A stretch of 64,000 bases of DNA from Clostridia bacterium (GTDB lineage Bacteria > Bacillota > Clostridia > CAKSNL01 > HGM11501). The position numbers were made by a program, and so were the translations under genes. The DNA lies in contig JAZQAZ010000014.1 of assembly GCA_045545475.1 (NCBI GenBank), positions 10,938 to 74,937 on the forward strand. The letters are read 5' to 3'. The notes beneath the pieces were generated by a model, which had not been told where the DNA came from, did not search any database, and saw nothing but the letters and a program-made list of their open reading frames with translations. Shown here piece after piece: positions 9,276 through 18,434 of this stretch (within the stretch, counting starts at the first letter, position 1; every line of letters begins with the position of its first letter).

Positions 9276-10275
9276 GGAAAGCTATAAAAAAGCAAATGAC
9301 GAAATTACAGGAGACAGAGCACTTCTTGATAAAATATTAACTACTCCGGTAAAAGAAAAAAAGAAAATTTCACCGATTGTCTACAGGTTTGCATCCTGTG
9401 CGGCGGCGATATTACTGGTGGGTGCGATAATACTGATGCCTGAAATGAAAGAAAAGTTTATTACAGAAGAAAAAGCAAACGCAAGCGAAGAAGCCAAAGA
9501 AGAAGCTTCTGCAACTATCCTGGCAGATGTTGCGGAAGAAACGGAAGAAGTATATGAAGAGGCATATGACGGTCATACAAGCGTTGAAACGGAAACAAAT
9601 GAGAAAACTAAAACTACTGTAAAAAAAGAAAAAGCGGCAGAAACTTCTGAGAGCGTGGTGGCTACAGAAAATTACGCAAACGAAGAAGCGACAAATTCTG
9701 CACTTACGGAAGATGGGGTTGAGGCTGCATCTGATGAAACAGCCTTCAGCATATATTCTCGCAATGACGAGGAAGATTTTGGAAAAGCAGAGGGACTGAA
9801 GGGGGCAGAAACTTCAGCAGCATCTGAGGAAGTGCAACCTTCGGAATCGGCAGAGCCTAAGATTAAATTATCTTCGGGCGGAAGCGGAGGAGGTTCTTCA
9901 GCAAGAAGTGCGGCGGTGTATGACGATAGCGAGGATGCTGACGTCTTAAGCGTTTCCGATATAATTGGTCATATAGGAATAAACGAAAATAGTCTTGTGC
10001 CATTAAACATGACACTTATTAATTCAGAAGTATCTTATTTTGAATTTTCTCCCGAGGGAAATATTACGGCATATGAGATAAATATGGTTTTCGAGCAGAA
10101 TGATGCAAAATTGATTATTCGCCTTACGGATTCTGCAACGCCTCTTGAATTTAATGTGGCGGGGGATGCAGGGATGATTTCGGCGTCGAAAACCATTGGT
10201 AAAACTGATATTTTTATAACGGCATACAATCTTACTTTTGAAGATGTGGAAAACTACGTAAACAGCATAGCTTAA
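9265..10275 (+). CDS. Putative anti-sigma factor, single-pass membrane protein with acidic low-complexity ectodomain
   Basis: Overlaps the sigma gene by 11 nt. Short cytoplasmic N-terminus, one TM (IVYRFASCAAAILLVGAIILMP), then a long E/A/T/S-rich region and a C-terminal globular domain. Confidence 0.6.
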   Translation: MNFKESYKKANDEITGDRALLDKILTTPVKEKKKISPIVYRFASCAAAILLVGAIILMPEMKEKFITEEKANASEEAKEEASATILADVAEETEEVYEEAYDGHTSVETETNEKTKTTVKKEKAAETSESVVATENYANEEATNSALTEDGVEAASDETAFSIYSRNDEEDFGKAEGLKGAETSAASEEVQPSESAEPKIKLSSGGSGGGSSARSAAVYDDSEDADVLSVSDIIGHIGINENSLVPLNMTLINSEVSYFEFSPEGNITAYEINMVFEQNDAKLIIRLTDSATPLEFNVAGDAGMISASKTIGKTDIFITAYNLTFEDVENYVNSIA

Positions 10276-10287
10276 GGAGGCGTTGGT

Positions 10288-12327
10288 ATGAAAAGAATAA
10301 TGTCATTGTTACTCATATTTGCACTTGTTTTTTCCGTAACGGCTTTTGCCGAGGAAAACGAAAATATGAAGGAAGTGCTTATGTCTGTAAAGGAAAGAAT
10401 TCCGGATACGGAGGAGTTTGAAAACTTCGAAAGTACGGAAAGAACGAGGAACGGCATTACAACCTATACCTTTATGTGGTATAATTCCGGTGAGGACTAC
10501 AGGGAAATGTCGGTAAGGGCAACGGAGAGCGGGCTTATTACAAGCTATAACTTCTACAAAAACGAAAAGTATGAAACTAAACCTTCTATAAATAAGCCGG
10601 AAACAAAGGACTTTCTGGAAAAGGCAAAGGAGCTTTCAAGAAAAATGAATCCTTCCGTAAGCGACAAAATTGAGGTGAGCGTAAGAAGCGGATATGAAAG
10701 CTTATATGACAGGGAGTATTCATTTATCCTTACGCACAAAGAAAACGGAATACCTGTTTACGGAAACACAGGAAGCCTTACCATTGCCTCCGACGGTGAA
10801 ACGCTTACAAACTATTATATAAATTACACAGAGGGAGTCCCTTATCAAAAGCCCGATAAGGCAATCAATCGTGAAGAAGCCGAAAAAGCCTATGCTTCGG
10901 AAATAGGAATGAATCTTGAATACCGCACGGAGTATGAAGAAAGAGAACGCAGGGTTTACCTTTCATATCTTCCCGAAAGAACCTACGGCGTATATATTGA
11001 CGCCTTTACGGGAAAGGCAATTGAGCCTGGCGAAGCCACTGTGGAAACCTTCGGTACGATAACGGAAGAATCAGCGGCAGCAGACAAAGGCGTGGGAGGA
11101 ACCAATTCCGCAAACCGCTTTTCCGAGGCGGAGCTTAAGGAATTTGCAAAGCTTGAAAACTTGATTTCAAAGGAAAAGGCGGAAAAAATCATAAGAGACC
11201 TTAAGGTTTTAAGAGATGATAAGGCAACACTTAAAAATATTTCTACAAGCCGTGACTATTACGACGAAGAAAAGTATTACTATTCATTAAGCTTTGAGGG
11301 CGAAAACTATTATTATGCAAGTGCAAAAATAGATGCCGTAACCGGTAAGGTATTAAACTTCTATCAGGATTCCGATTATAAAGAAGTTTCCGAAGAAGAC
11401 AAGGAAGAAATGGAAAAGAAAATAAACGGCTATCTTGCACTTCTATGCCCCGGTGAAACAGGCGATGACAAAGAATACAGAATGACAGGCGAAAATGGAA
11501 ATATCACAAGCAGCAATTACACACGTTATGTCAATGATATTCCTTATGGTAACGACAGAATCAGAATTGAAGTAAGCGGTTCTGACGGCAGCTTAAGAAG
11601 CTATTCTTATACAAAAACAGATTTGGAATTTCCGTCTCCCGAGGGAATAATAACAGAAGATGTTGCCGCAGAAAAAATGTTTGACTTAACAGAATATAAA
11701 ATGTATTACTATCCCGTAACGGGCGATGATGGCAAAATAAAGGGAAGCTTCCTTTTATATATGCTTGAAGAGTCTGTGGAAATCGATGCGTTTACAGGAG
11801 AAAGAATCCTTGGTTATGAAGTCCTGGAAATCCCGGAGTATACAGACATCAAAGGACACTTTGCCGAAGAAGCAATAACTGTGCTTAAGAAGTTTGGTAT
11901 AGGCTTTGCAGAAAGCGAATTCCGCCCAGATGAAATAATCACACAGAAGGATTTTATAAGCCTTCTTACATATGTGGTGAAGAGACGCTCGACAATTATT
12001 CTTGCCAAGGAATACGATGCGGAAGACACATATAACAGTGCTTATAATTATGAAATCCTTACGAAAGCAGAAAGAAAAGACGATTCAGAGGTAAGAAGAG
12101 TTGATGCGGCTGTTTATTTTATCAGAGCACTTGAACTGGAAGAAGTTGCATCGCTTCCCGGAATATATAACTGTCCGTTTAATGATGTTTCCGACAAGAC
12201 AGGATATGTGAGCATCCTTTACGGACTTGGTGTAGTCAATGGTGACGGAACAGGATTGTTCTATCCCGAAAAGGGAGTGACTCGCGGTGAAGCCGCAGTT
12301 ATGATTTATAACTACTTGTCAAGATAA
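10288..12327 (+). CDS. Secreted cell-surface protein with PepSY-like repeats and C-terminal SLH domains
   Basis: Signal peptide MKRIMSLLLIFALVFSVTAFA. Y-rich PepSY-like repeats. Two C-terminal SLH-like motifs (HFAEEAITVLKKFGI..., FNDVSDKTGYVSILYGLGVVNGDGTGLFYPEKGVTRGEAAVMIYNYL). Confidence 0.7.
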   Translation: MKRIMSLLLIFALVFSVTAFAEENENMKEVLMSVKERIPDTEEFENFESTERTRNGITTYTFMWYNSGEDYREMSVRATESGLITSYNFYKNEKYETKPSINKPETKDFLEKAKELSRKMNPSVSDKIEVSVRSGYESLYDREYSFILTHKENGIPVYGNTGSLTIASDGETLTNYYINYTEGVPYQKPDKAINREEAEKAYASEIGMNLEYRTEYEERERRVYLSYLPERTYGVYIDAFTGKAIEPGEATVETFGTITEESAAADKGVGGTNSANRFSEAELKEFAKLENLISKEKAEKIIRDLKVLRDDKATLKNISTSRDYYDEEKYYYSLSFEGENYYYASAKIDAVTGKVLNFYQDSDYKEVSEEDKEEMEKKINGYLALLCPGETGDDKEYRMTGENGNITSSNYTRYVNDIPYGNDRIRIEVSGSDGSLRSYSYTKTDLEFPSPEGIITEDVAAEKMFDLTEYKMYYYPVTGDDGKIKGSFLLYMLEESVEIDAFTGERILGYEVLEIPEYTDIKGHFAEEAITVLKKFGIGFAESEFRPDEIITQKDFISLLTYVVKRRSTIILAKEYDAEDTYNSAYNYEILTKAERKDDSEVRRVDAAVYFIRALELEEVASLPGIYNCPFNDVSDKTGYVSILYGLGVVNGDGTGLFYPEKGVTRGEAAVMIYNYLSR

Positions 12328-12358
12328 GAACCATTCTCATATTGTTTTTCTCCTTAGA

Positions 12359-12389
12359 AAAAGGGACGTGCTTGGCGCGTCCCTTTTTT
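12359..12389 (+). terminator. Rho-independent terminator
   Basis: gggacgtgc-ttg-gcgcgtccc hairpin followed by TTTTTT. Confidence 0.8.
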
Positions 12390-12410
12390 CTTGACTATAC
12401 ATGGGATTTA
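12382..12410 (+). promoter_or_regulatory. Predicted sigma-A promoter for the TIR-TPR gene
   Basis: TTGACT, 17-nt spacer, TAAAAT, immediately after a terminator. RBS AAGGAGGGG precedes the ATG at 12456. Confidence 0.45.
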
Positions 12411-12455
12411 TGGTAAAATGGCATGGGTTTACCTTAAGATAAAGGAGGGGTATTT

Positions 12456-14645
12456 ATGGCTGATTTTAAAATTAAAACCAAAAATCAGGTTGAAATTGAA
12501 AAAAAGCCAAGGGTATATTTTACCTGCCATCCTGAAGATTTTGAAAAAAGTTTTGATAAAATATGTAATGACATTTTTTTGTGTCATGATTGTGCTATAT
12601 ATTATGCCGAAGATTTGACTGAACGGATTGAAAAAGAGGAACGTGAGATAGAGCTTGGAAGAAGCAACTTGCTTGTGGTTCCGGTTACATACAAGCTTTT
12701 GTCCACAAAAAACCGTGCCATGGATGAGGATGTTCCCTATGCAATAAAAGAGCATATTCCCATTCTTCCGATTATGATGGAAAGCGGAATTGAATCATTG
12801 TATTCCATGGCAGATAAATTTGGCGAGATGCAATATCTTAATCCATACGGATATGATAAAACAGAAATTCCATATGAAGAAAAGCTGAGAAAATATCTAG
12901 AGTCTGTTCTCATAAGCAGCGAACTTGCAGAGGCTATAAGAGCAGCTTTTGATGCATACATATTTTTAAGCTACCGTAAAAAGGACCGCAAGTATGCCAA
13001 CGAGCTTATGAAGCTTATACATAAAAACCCCGAGTGCAGAGATATTGCAATATGGTTTGACGAGTTTTTGACTCCGGGAGAAAATTTCAATGAGAACATT
13101 GAGCGTATATTGAAAGACAGTAAGTTGTTTACACTTCTCGTTACTCCGAACTTGCTTGAAAAGCCAAACTTTGTATTGGATAAGGAATATCCTGCGGCAA
13201 AGGAAGCTGAAATCGGCATTCTCCCAGTGCAGATGGCGGCAACTGATAAAAAAACTTTAGATGAATGCTTTACAGACTTGCCACCCTGTATTGACGCATG
13301 TGAAGATAAACTTTTCAGGGAACGTTTGCTTGGTGCAATAACAGGTCTTGCTGTAAGAGAAAACGATTCTCCGGAGCATAATTTTCTTATAGGGTTGGCA
13401 TATTTTGACGGCATTGATGTGGAAGTTAATCGTGAACTGGGAATAAAGCTTATTACTTCAGCGGCAGAAGAGGGACTTCTTGCGGCAATGCAGAGGCTGG
13501 CTTTGTTATATGAAGACAGGGATTATCATGAAGCCATAAAGTGGGCTGAAAGGATAGTGGACTATTACATAAAGCAAAACGGGGAAGAATACGGAGATAC
13601 ATTAACGGCACTTGGCAATCTGGCGTTGCTTTATGACAAGGCGGGAAAAAGTAAAAAAGCACAGGAAGTGCATGAAAAGGTATACGAAATACGGTGCAGA
13701 ACGCTGGGAGAAGAACACTGTGACACTGTTACAACGCTGAATAATATGGCGGTGTCATACGATAAGTCCAGGAATAGCAAAAAAGCTCAGAAACTTTACG
13801 AAAAAGTTTATAAACTGCAATGCAAAATACATGGAGAAGAACATCCGAACACTTTGGCGGCACTGCATAATCTGGCTTTATCCTACGGAAATACAGGAGA
13901 TTACAGAACTGTACTTGAGTATATGAAAAAAGTTTATAGTCTGGAGTGTAAGATACTTGGCGAGGAAAACAGCGAAACATTGATTACTCTTAACAATGTT
14001 GCAGGAACCTATGCAAATCTTGGCAACTATAAAAGAGCACTGAAAATTCTTGAAGAAGTGTATTCCGTAAGATGCAGGGTGCTTGGGGAAGAACATCCCG
14101 AAACGCTGACAACGCTTAATTTGATTTCCGGTGTTTATGCTAACCTTGCAGAGTATGAAAAAACGATGGAAACAGTCAAAAAGGTATATTCTTCGCAATG
14201 CAAAGTGTTGGGAGAAGAACACCCTGTGACGCTTATAACGCTAGGCAATATGGCGATGGCCTATGGATATAAAAAGGAATACAAAAGAGCACATGAGTTG
14301 CTTAATGAAGTTTATGCTAAGCGATGCAGAATACTTGGTAAAGAGCACCCTGATACCCTTATAACCAGGGAATATCTTGCTGACAGTTATTCTTTTTCAG
14401 GAGACAGCAAAAAAGCTGTTGCGATACTTGATGAAATATATGCTGTGAGACTTAAAAAGCTTGGGGAAAAACACCCTGAGACCATTACAACCATGCATGA
14501 TCTGGGAAGAAATTATATTAAGCTGGGCGAATACAAAAAGGCGTCGGTTATACTTAAAAAGGCATACAACCTACGTTGCGGTACACTTGGAGAAAATCAC
14601 CCGGATACATTGGAAACGCTGAAGTTTTTGGATATGCTTCTATAA
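12456..14645 (+). CDS. Tandem TIR-like domain protein with C-terminal TPR array (KLC-type TPR_10/12 repeats)
   Basis: 729 aa. Two internally duplicated TIR-like modules (RVYFTCHPEDFEK...SNLLVVPVTYKLL...IPILPIMM and YIFLSYRKKDRKY...IAIWFDEFL...KLFTLLVTPNLL...IGILPVQM). These are followed by about 9 TPR repeats with the recurring LGEEHP[DE]TL[TI]TLNNLA..Y motif. Confidence 0.7.
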   Translation: MADFKIKTKNQVEIEKKPRVYFTCHPEDFEKSFDKICNDIFLCHDCAIYYAEDLTERIEKEEREIELGRSNLLVVPVTYKLLSTKNRAMDEDVPYAIKEHIPILPIMMESGIESLYSMADKFGEMQYLNPYGYDKTEIPYEEKLRKYLESVLISSELAEAIRAAFDAYIFLSYRKKDRKYANELMKLIHKNPECRDIAIWFDEFLTPGENFNENIERILKDSKLFTLLVTPNLLEKPNFVLDKEYPAAKEAEIGILPVQMAATDKKTLDECFTDLPPCIDACEDKLFRERLLGAITGLAVRENDSPEHNFLIGLAYFDGIDVEVNRELGIKLITSAAEEGLLAAMQRLALLYEDRDYHEAIKWAERIVDYYIKQNGEEYGDTLTALGNLALLYDKAGKSKKAQEVHEKVYEIRCRTLGEEHCDTVTTLNNMAVSYDKSRNSKKAQKLYEKVYKLQCKIHGEEHPNTLAALHNLALSYGNTGDYRTVLEYMKKVYSLECKILGEENSETLITLNNVAGTYANLGNYKRALKILEEVYSVRCRVLGEEHPETLTTLNLISGVYANLAEYEKTMETVKKVYSSQCKVLGEEHPVTLITLGNMAMAYGYKKEYKRAHELLNEVYAKRCRILGKEHPDTLITREYLADSYSFSGDSKKAVAILDEIYAVRLKKLGEKHPETITTMHDLGRNYIKLGEYKKASVILKKAYNLRCGTLGENHPDTLETLKFLDMLL

Positions 14646-14669
14646 AATTCGGATAAAAGGAGAGAGAAA

Positions 14670-15131
14670 ATGGAAAGAATACAAAGCTTTTCCGTGGACC
14701 ATGATTTTATCAGTCCCGGAATTTATGTGTCAAGAATAGACGAAGATATTACCACTTATGATTTAAGAACGAGAAAACCTAACGCAGGCTTTTATATGGA
14801 TAATGTAACCATGCATACTGTGGAACACATGCTGGCTACGTTTTTCAGAAATTCCGAAATAAAGGACGATGTTATATATTTCGGCCCTATGGGATGTCAG
14901 ACGGGATTTTATCTTCTTTTGAGAAATGCGGATAATGAAAAGACTTTGTCGGTTCTTAAAGATTGCTTATCTAAGGTTTTATCCTATGAGGGAAAGGTTT
15001 TCGGTGCGGAAAGAAAAGAATGCGGTAACTACGAAAACTTAAATCTTGATGCGGCAAAGGCAGAGTGCAGAGAATATCTTAACGCTCTTACAAATAAAGA
15101 ACAGACGTTTACATACGAAAAAACACTTTAA
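14670..15131 (+). CDS. luxS: S-ribosylhomocysteine lyase
   Basis: 153 aa. HTVEHMLATF motif (HxxEH metal site) and overall LuxS pattern. Confidence 0.9.
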   Translation: MERIQSFSVDHDFISPGIYVSRIDEDITTYDLRTRKPNAGFYMDNVTMHTVEHMLATFFRNSEIKDDVIYFGPMGCQTGFYLLLRNADNEKTLSVLKDCLSKVLSYEGKVFGAERKECGNYENLNLDAAKAECREYLNALTNKEQTFTYEKTL

Positions 15132-15141
15132 GGAGAAAATT

Positions 15142-15849
15142 ATGATTTCAAAAGCAGATATCGGAATAATTTGTGCGATGGATGTTGAACTCGCCGAGAT
15201 TAGTAGTGCGATGGACATTACCATGCGAAAGAAAATAAGCGGAGTTGAGTTTTTATACGGAAATTTAGCCGGAAAGAATGTGGTTTGTGCTGTTTGCGGA
15301 GTCGGAAAGGTTTTTGCGGCAATTTGCACCGAGGCGATGATTCTTAATTTTGAACCAGGGGTTATTGTAAATTCAGGTGTTGCCGGAGGACTTTCTGAAA
15401 GTCTTTCTGTGTGTGATGCGGTTGTGGCGGAGAGTTTGGTACAGCACGACATGGACACATCTCCTTTAGGGGATCCCGTGGGCCTTTTATCGGGAATAAA
15501 CATTATAAATATTCCCTGCGATAAAAAGGCGGGAGAGGTTCTTAAAAAAGCGGCAGAAGAGCTTTCTATCCATATGGAAACAGGGATAATTGCAACGGGA
15601 GACCAGTTTATTTCAGAAAACGAAAAAAAGGATTGGCTTTGCAAAACCTTTAATGCAAAAGCTTGCGAGATGGAGGGCGGTTCGGTTGCACATGTATGCT
15701 ATGTAAACGGAGTTAAGTGTGCTGTACTCAGAACCATATCCGATGGCGGAAATGATGATGCTAAAATGGATTTTCCCACCTTCTGTAAAAAGGCGGCACA
15801 CAATTCCTGCGAGATTATGAAAAGATTTGTGAGGGATTATAATGACTGA
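15142..15849 (+). CDS. mtnN: 5'-methylthioadenosine/S-adenosylhomocysteine nucleosidase
   Basis: MISKADIGIICAMDVELAEI... and the overall Pfs/MtnN pattern. Starts at ATG 15142 after RBS AGGAGA; the longer ORF from 15046 is likely an over-extension. Confidence 0.88.
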   Translation: MISKADIGIICAMDVELAEISSAMDITMRKKISGVEFLYGNLAGKNVVCAVCGVGKVFAAICTEAMILNFEPGVIVNSGVAGGLSESLSVCDAVVAESLVQHDMDTSPLGDPVGLLSGINIINIPCDKKAGEVLKKAAEELSIHMETGIIATGDQFISENEKKDWLCKTFNAKACEMEGGSVAHVCYVNGVKCAVLRTISDGGNDDAKMDFPTFCKKAAHNSCEIMKRFVRDYND

Positions 15850-16057
15850 CGAAAAGATTTTAAGGATAAATGAGCTTTCTAAAAAAGCTAAAACAGTTGG
15901 ACTTACAGAAGAGGAATTGGCTGAACAAAAGCGTCTTCGTGATGAATATATTGCAGGCTTTCGTGCATCACTTCAGAGAGAACTTGATAATACATATATC
16001 AAGCGACCTGACGGAAGCGTTGTAAAAATTGAGAAAAAAGGAAATAAAAAAAGCTGA
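15842..16057 (+). CDS. DUF896 / UPF0291 family small protein
   Basis: 71 aa. INELSKKAK..GLTEEELAEQKRLRDEYIAGFR, typical of the YnzC/DUF896 family. Overlaps mtnN by 8 nt. Confidence 0.7.
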   Translation: MTDEKILRINELSKKAKTVGLTEEELAEQKRLRDEYIAGFRASLQRELDNTYIKRPDGSVVKIEKKGNKKS

Positions 16058-16078
16058 GGCTTTGCCTCAGCTTTTTTT
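16044..16078. terminator. Bidirectional rho-independent terminator (DUF896 convergent with metA)
   Basis: A-run, then agctgaggc-ttt-gcctcagct, then T-run. Confidence 0.85.
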
Positions 16079-16994
16079 ATTTGATTTCATCAAGATTAAA
16101 GGGTGTTGCCTGATATACAAAGTAGTTAAGCCAGTTTGAGAAAAGTAAATTTGCGTGAGATCTCCAGGAAACCTTGGGGGGATTTTTCGGGTCATCATCG
16201 GGAAAATAATTCTTGGGAACCTGTATATCCTCGCCCTTAGCCTTGTCTCTGTCGTATTCCTTCTTTAAGGTGTCGGCATCGTATTCGAGATGCCCTGTTA
16301 CGAATATTTGTCTGCCCTTATCTGTGGTTACGATACAAACGCCGGTTTCCTCTGAAGATGCTAAAATTTTAAGAGTCCCAACTTTCTCAACGTCTTCTCT
16401 TGCAACTGTAGTGAAACGTGACTGAGGAACCATAAATACATCGTCGAATCCACGAAGGAGCATGGAATTTTTATAGTCTGCCGTATGGGGATATATGCCG
16501 AAAAGCTTTTTTTCAAGGTTTATTTTGTTTATTCCGTAGTGATAATAAAGCCCTGCCTGAGCACCCCAACAGATGTGAAGTGTGCTTGTAACGTGAGTTT
16601 TGCTCCACTCCATAATTTCACAAAGCTCGTTCCAGTAATCAACATCTTCAAAATCCATGAGTTCAACCGGTGCTCCGGTTATAACCATTCCGTCAAACTT
16701 TAAGTCTTCGATTTCGTCAAAGGTTTTGTAAAAGCTTAACATATGAGCACTGTCAACATGGGTTGATTTGTGAGTTGCAGTCTGTAGAAGCTCCATTTCA
16801 ACCTGAAGAGGGCTGTTTCCCAGCAGTCGTGAAAACTGTGTTTCCGTCACGATTTTAGTGGGCATGAGATTTAAAAGAAGTATCTTAAGGGGACGAATGT
16901 CCTGAGTTACGGCACGGGTTTCGTTGATTACGAATATGTTTTCGTTGTGGAGCGTTTCTGTTGCCGGTAGCCCGTTGGGAATTTTAATAGGCAT
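16077..16994 (-). CDS. metA: Homoserine O-acetyltransferase / O-succinyltransferase (MetA/HTS family)
   Basis: 305 aa. [11 protein letters not shown]...[12 protein letters not shown] is the classic MetA N-terminus. Confidence 0.92.
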   Translation of the reverse strand: MPIKIPNGLPATETLHNENIFVINETRAVTQDIRPLKILLLNLMPTKIVTETQFSRLLGNSPLQVEMELLQTATHKSTHVDSAHMLSFYKTFDEIEDLKFDGMVITGAPVELMDFEDVDYWNELCEIMEWSKTHVTSTLHICWGAQAGLYYHYGINKINLEKKLFGIYPHTADYKNSMLLRGFDDVFMVPQSRFTTVAREDVEKVGTLKILASSEETGVCIVTTDKGRQIFVTGHLEYDADTLKKEYDRDKAKGEDIQVPKNYFPDDDPKNPPKVSWRSHANLLFSNWLNYFVYQATPFNLDEIK

Positions 16995-17006
16995 AAATTC
17001 ACCTCA

Positions 17007-18281
17007 TTATAATTGTTTCAGTGCCTGCTCTATATCGGCTATTATATCTTCGACATTTTCTATGCCCACAGACATTCTGATAAGGTCTGAACTGATGCCG
17101 GCATCGATAAGCTGCTGATCTGTAAGCTGACGGTGGGTGGTGGAAGCGGGATGAAGAACACTTGTTCTTGCATCTGCAACGTGAACAACTATTGCAGCAA
17201 GCTTTAAGCTGTCCATAAACTTAACGGCCGCTTCTCGGCCTCCTTTTATTCCGAAGGAGATAACGCCACAGCTTCCCTTGGGAAGGTATTTTTCAGCCAG
17301 TGTATAGTCGGGACTGGATTTTAATTTGGGATAGTTAACCCAGGCGATTTTATCGTTTGCTTCAAGATATTTTGCAACCGCCAAAGCGTTTTCTGAATGA
17401 CGCTCCATACGAAGGGGGAGAGTCTCCAAATTCATATTAAGTAAAAATGCATTTATGGCAGAGGGAAGTGCACCAAAGTCTCTCATAAGCTGAACCCTTG
17501 CCTTGGTTATGTAAGCAGCCTTGCCGAAATCTGCAACGTATTTAACTCCATGATAGGATTCGTCAGGCTCACACAATTCGGGGAATTTTCCGTTATCCCA
17601 ATTGAAATTACCTGAGTCAACAATTACACCGCCAACGACGGAAGCGTGACCGTCCATATATTTGGTTGTGGAGTGGGTGATAATGTCACAGCCAAACTCA
17701 AAGGGTCTGCAAAGTATGGGAGTTGCAAAAGTATTATCAACAACAAGCGGAACATTATGCTTGTGAGCAAGATTTGCAAAACGCTCAATGTCAAGAACGG
17801 TTAAAGCGGGGTTTGCAATTGTCTCACCGAAAACCAGGCGGGTATTCTCATCAAACTGTGCTTCGATTTCTTCGTCAGTCATGTCCTGTGTTACAAAACG
17901 CACCTCAATGCCCATTCTCTTTATGGTAACGGCAAAAAGGTTAATTGTTCCACCGTATATGGAAGAAAGACAAACGAAGTTCTGACCTGCGGATGTGATG
18001 TTTAAAACAGCCATAAGGCTTGCTGCCTGGCCTGATGTAGTGCAAAGTGCACCAACGCCGCCTTCCAGGTCTGCAATCTTTTCTTCAACCGCACTTACTG
18101 TGGGGTTTGATATTCTTGAATACATATGTCCGTCTGCCTTTAAGTCAAAGAGCTTGCCAAGGTGCTCGGACGAATCGTACTTATATGTGGTGCTCTGGTA
18201 AATGGGGAGCACCCTCGGTTCTCCGTTTTTTGGGGTATATCCCGACTGGATACATTTTGTTTCTATTTTATAATCTGACAT
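17007..18281 (-). CDS. metY: O-acetylhomoserine aminocarboxypropyltransferase (sulfhydrylase), PLP-dependent
   Basis: 424 aa. Cys/Met-metabolism PLP fold. N-terminal CIQSGYTPKNGEPRVLPIYQSTTYKY. Confidence 0.9.
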   Translation of the reverse strand: MSDYKIETKCIQSGYTPKNGEPRVLPIYQSTTYKYDSSEHLGKLFDLKADGHMYSRISNPTVSAVEEKIADLEGGVGALCTTSGQAASLMAVLNITSAGQNFVCLSSIYGGTINLFAVTIKRMGIEVRFVTQDMTDEEIEAQFDENTRLVFGETIANPALTVLDIERFANLAHKHNVPLVVDNTFATPILCRPFEFGCDIITHSTTKYMDGHASVVGGVIVDSGNFNWDNGKFPELCEPDESYHGVKYVADFGKAAYITKARVQLMRDFGALPSAINAFLLNMNLETLPLRMERHSENALAVAKYLEANDKIAWVNYPKLKSSPDYTLAEKYLPKGSCGVISFGIKGGREAAVKFMDSLKLAAIVVHVADARTSVLHPASTTHRQLTDQQLIDAGISSDLIRMSVGIENVEDIIADIEQALKQL

Positions 18282-18333
18282 AATAAAACCTCCGTTTATA
18301 CTATGGATTGCAATTTTTATAAATATTTATTTA

Positions 18334-18362
18334 TTATATCACGGAAAGAGTGAAAATGCAAT
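18334..18362 (-). promoter_or_regulatory. Predicted sigma-A promoter for metY-metA
   Basis: On the minus strand: TTGCAT, 17-nt spacer, TGATATAAT (extended -10). The leader is only about 45 nt. Confidence 0.4.
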
Positions 18363-18385
18363 AAAAAAATACAAACAAGAACATA

Positions 18386-18414
18386 TTGACAAATATGAAT
18401 ATATAGTGTATTAT
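18386..18414 (+). promoter_or_regulatory. Predicted sigma-A promoter for the ArsR-family gene
   Basis: TTGACA, 17-nt spacer, TATTAT. Confidence 0.45.
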
Positions 18415-18434
18415 ATTATAAAGGATGTGATTTT

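Noticed and set aside
9480-9900. Low-complexity GA/GAA-rich nucleotide stretch that could be mistaken for a tandem repeat
   Set aside because: It encodes the E/A/T-rich acidic ectodomain of the putative anti-sigma factor. It is compositional bias without a fixed repeat unit.
12391-12618. 75-aa ORF overlapping the start of the TIR-TPR gene
   Set aside because: It is a different frame of the same region. The TIR-TPR frame has a strong RBS and continues for 729 aa, so this one is spurious.
18282-18434. Looked for an S-box (SAM-I) riboswitch or T-box upstream of metY
   Set aside because: The intergenic region is only about 150 nt and is mostly occupied by two divergent promoters. No SAM-I core elements are visible. 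Reported as absence rather than presence.
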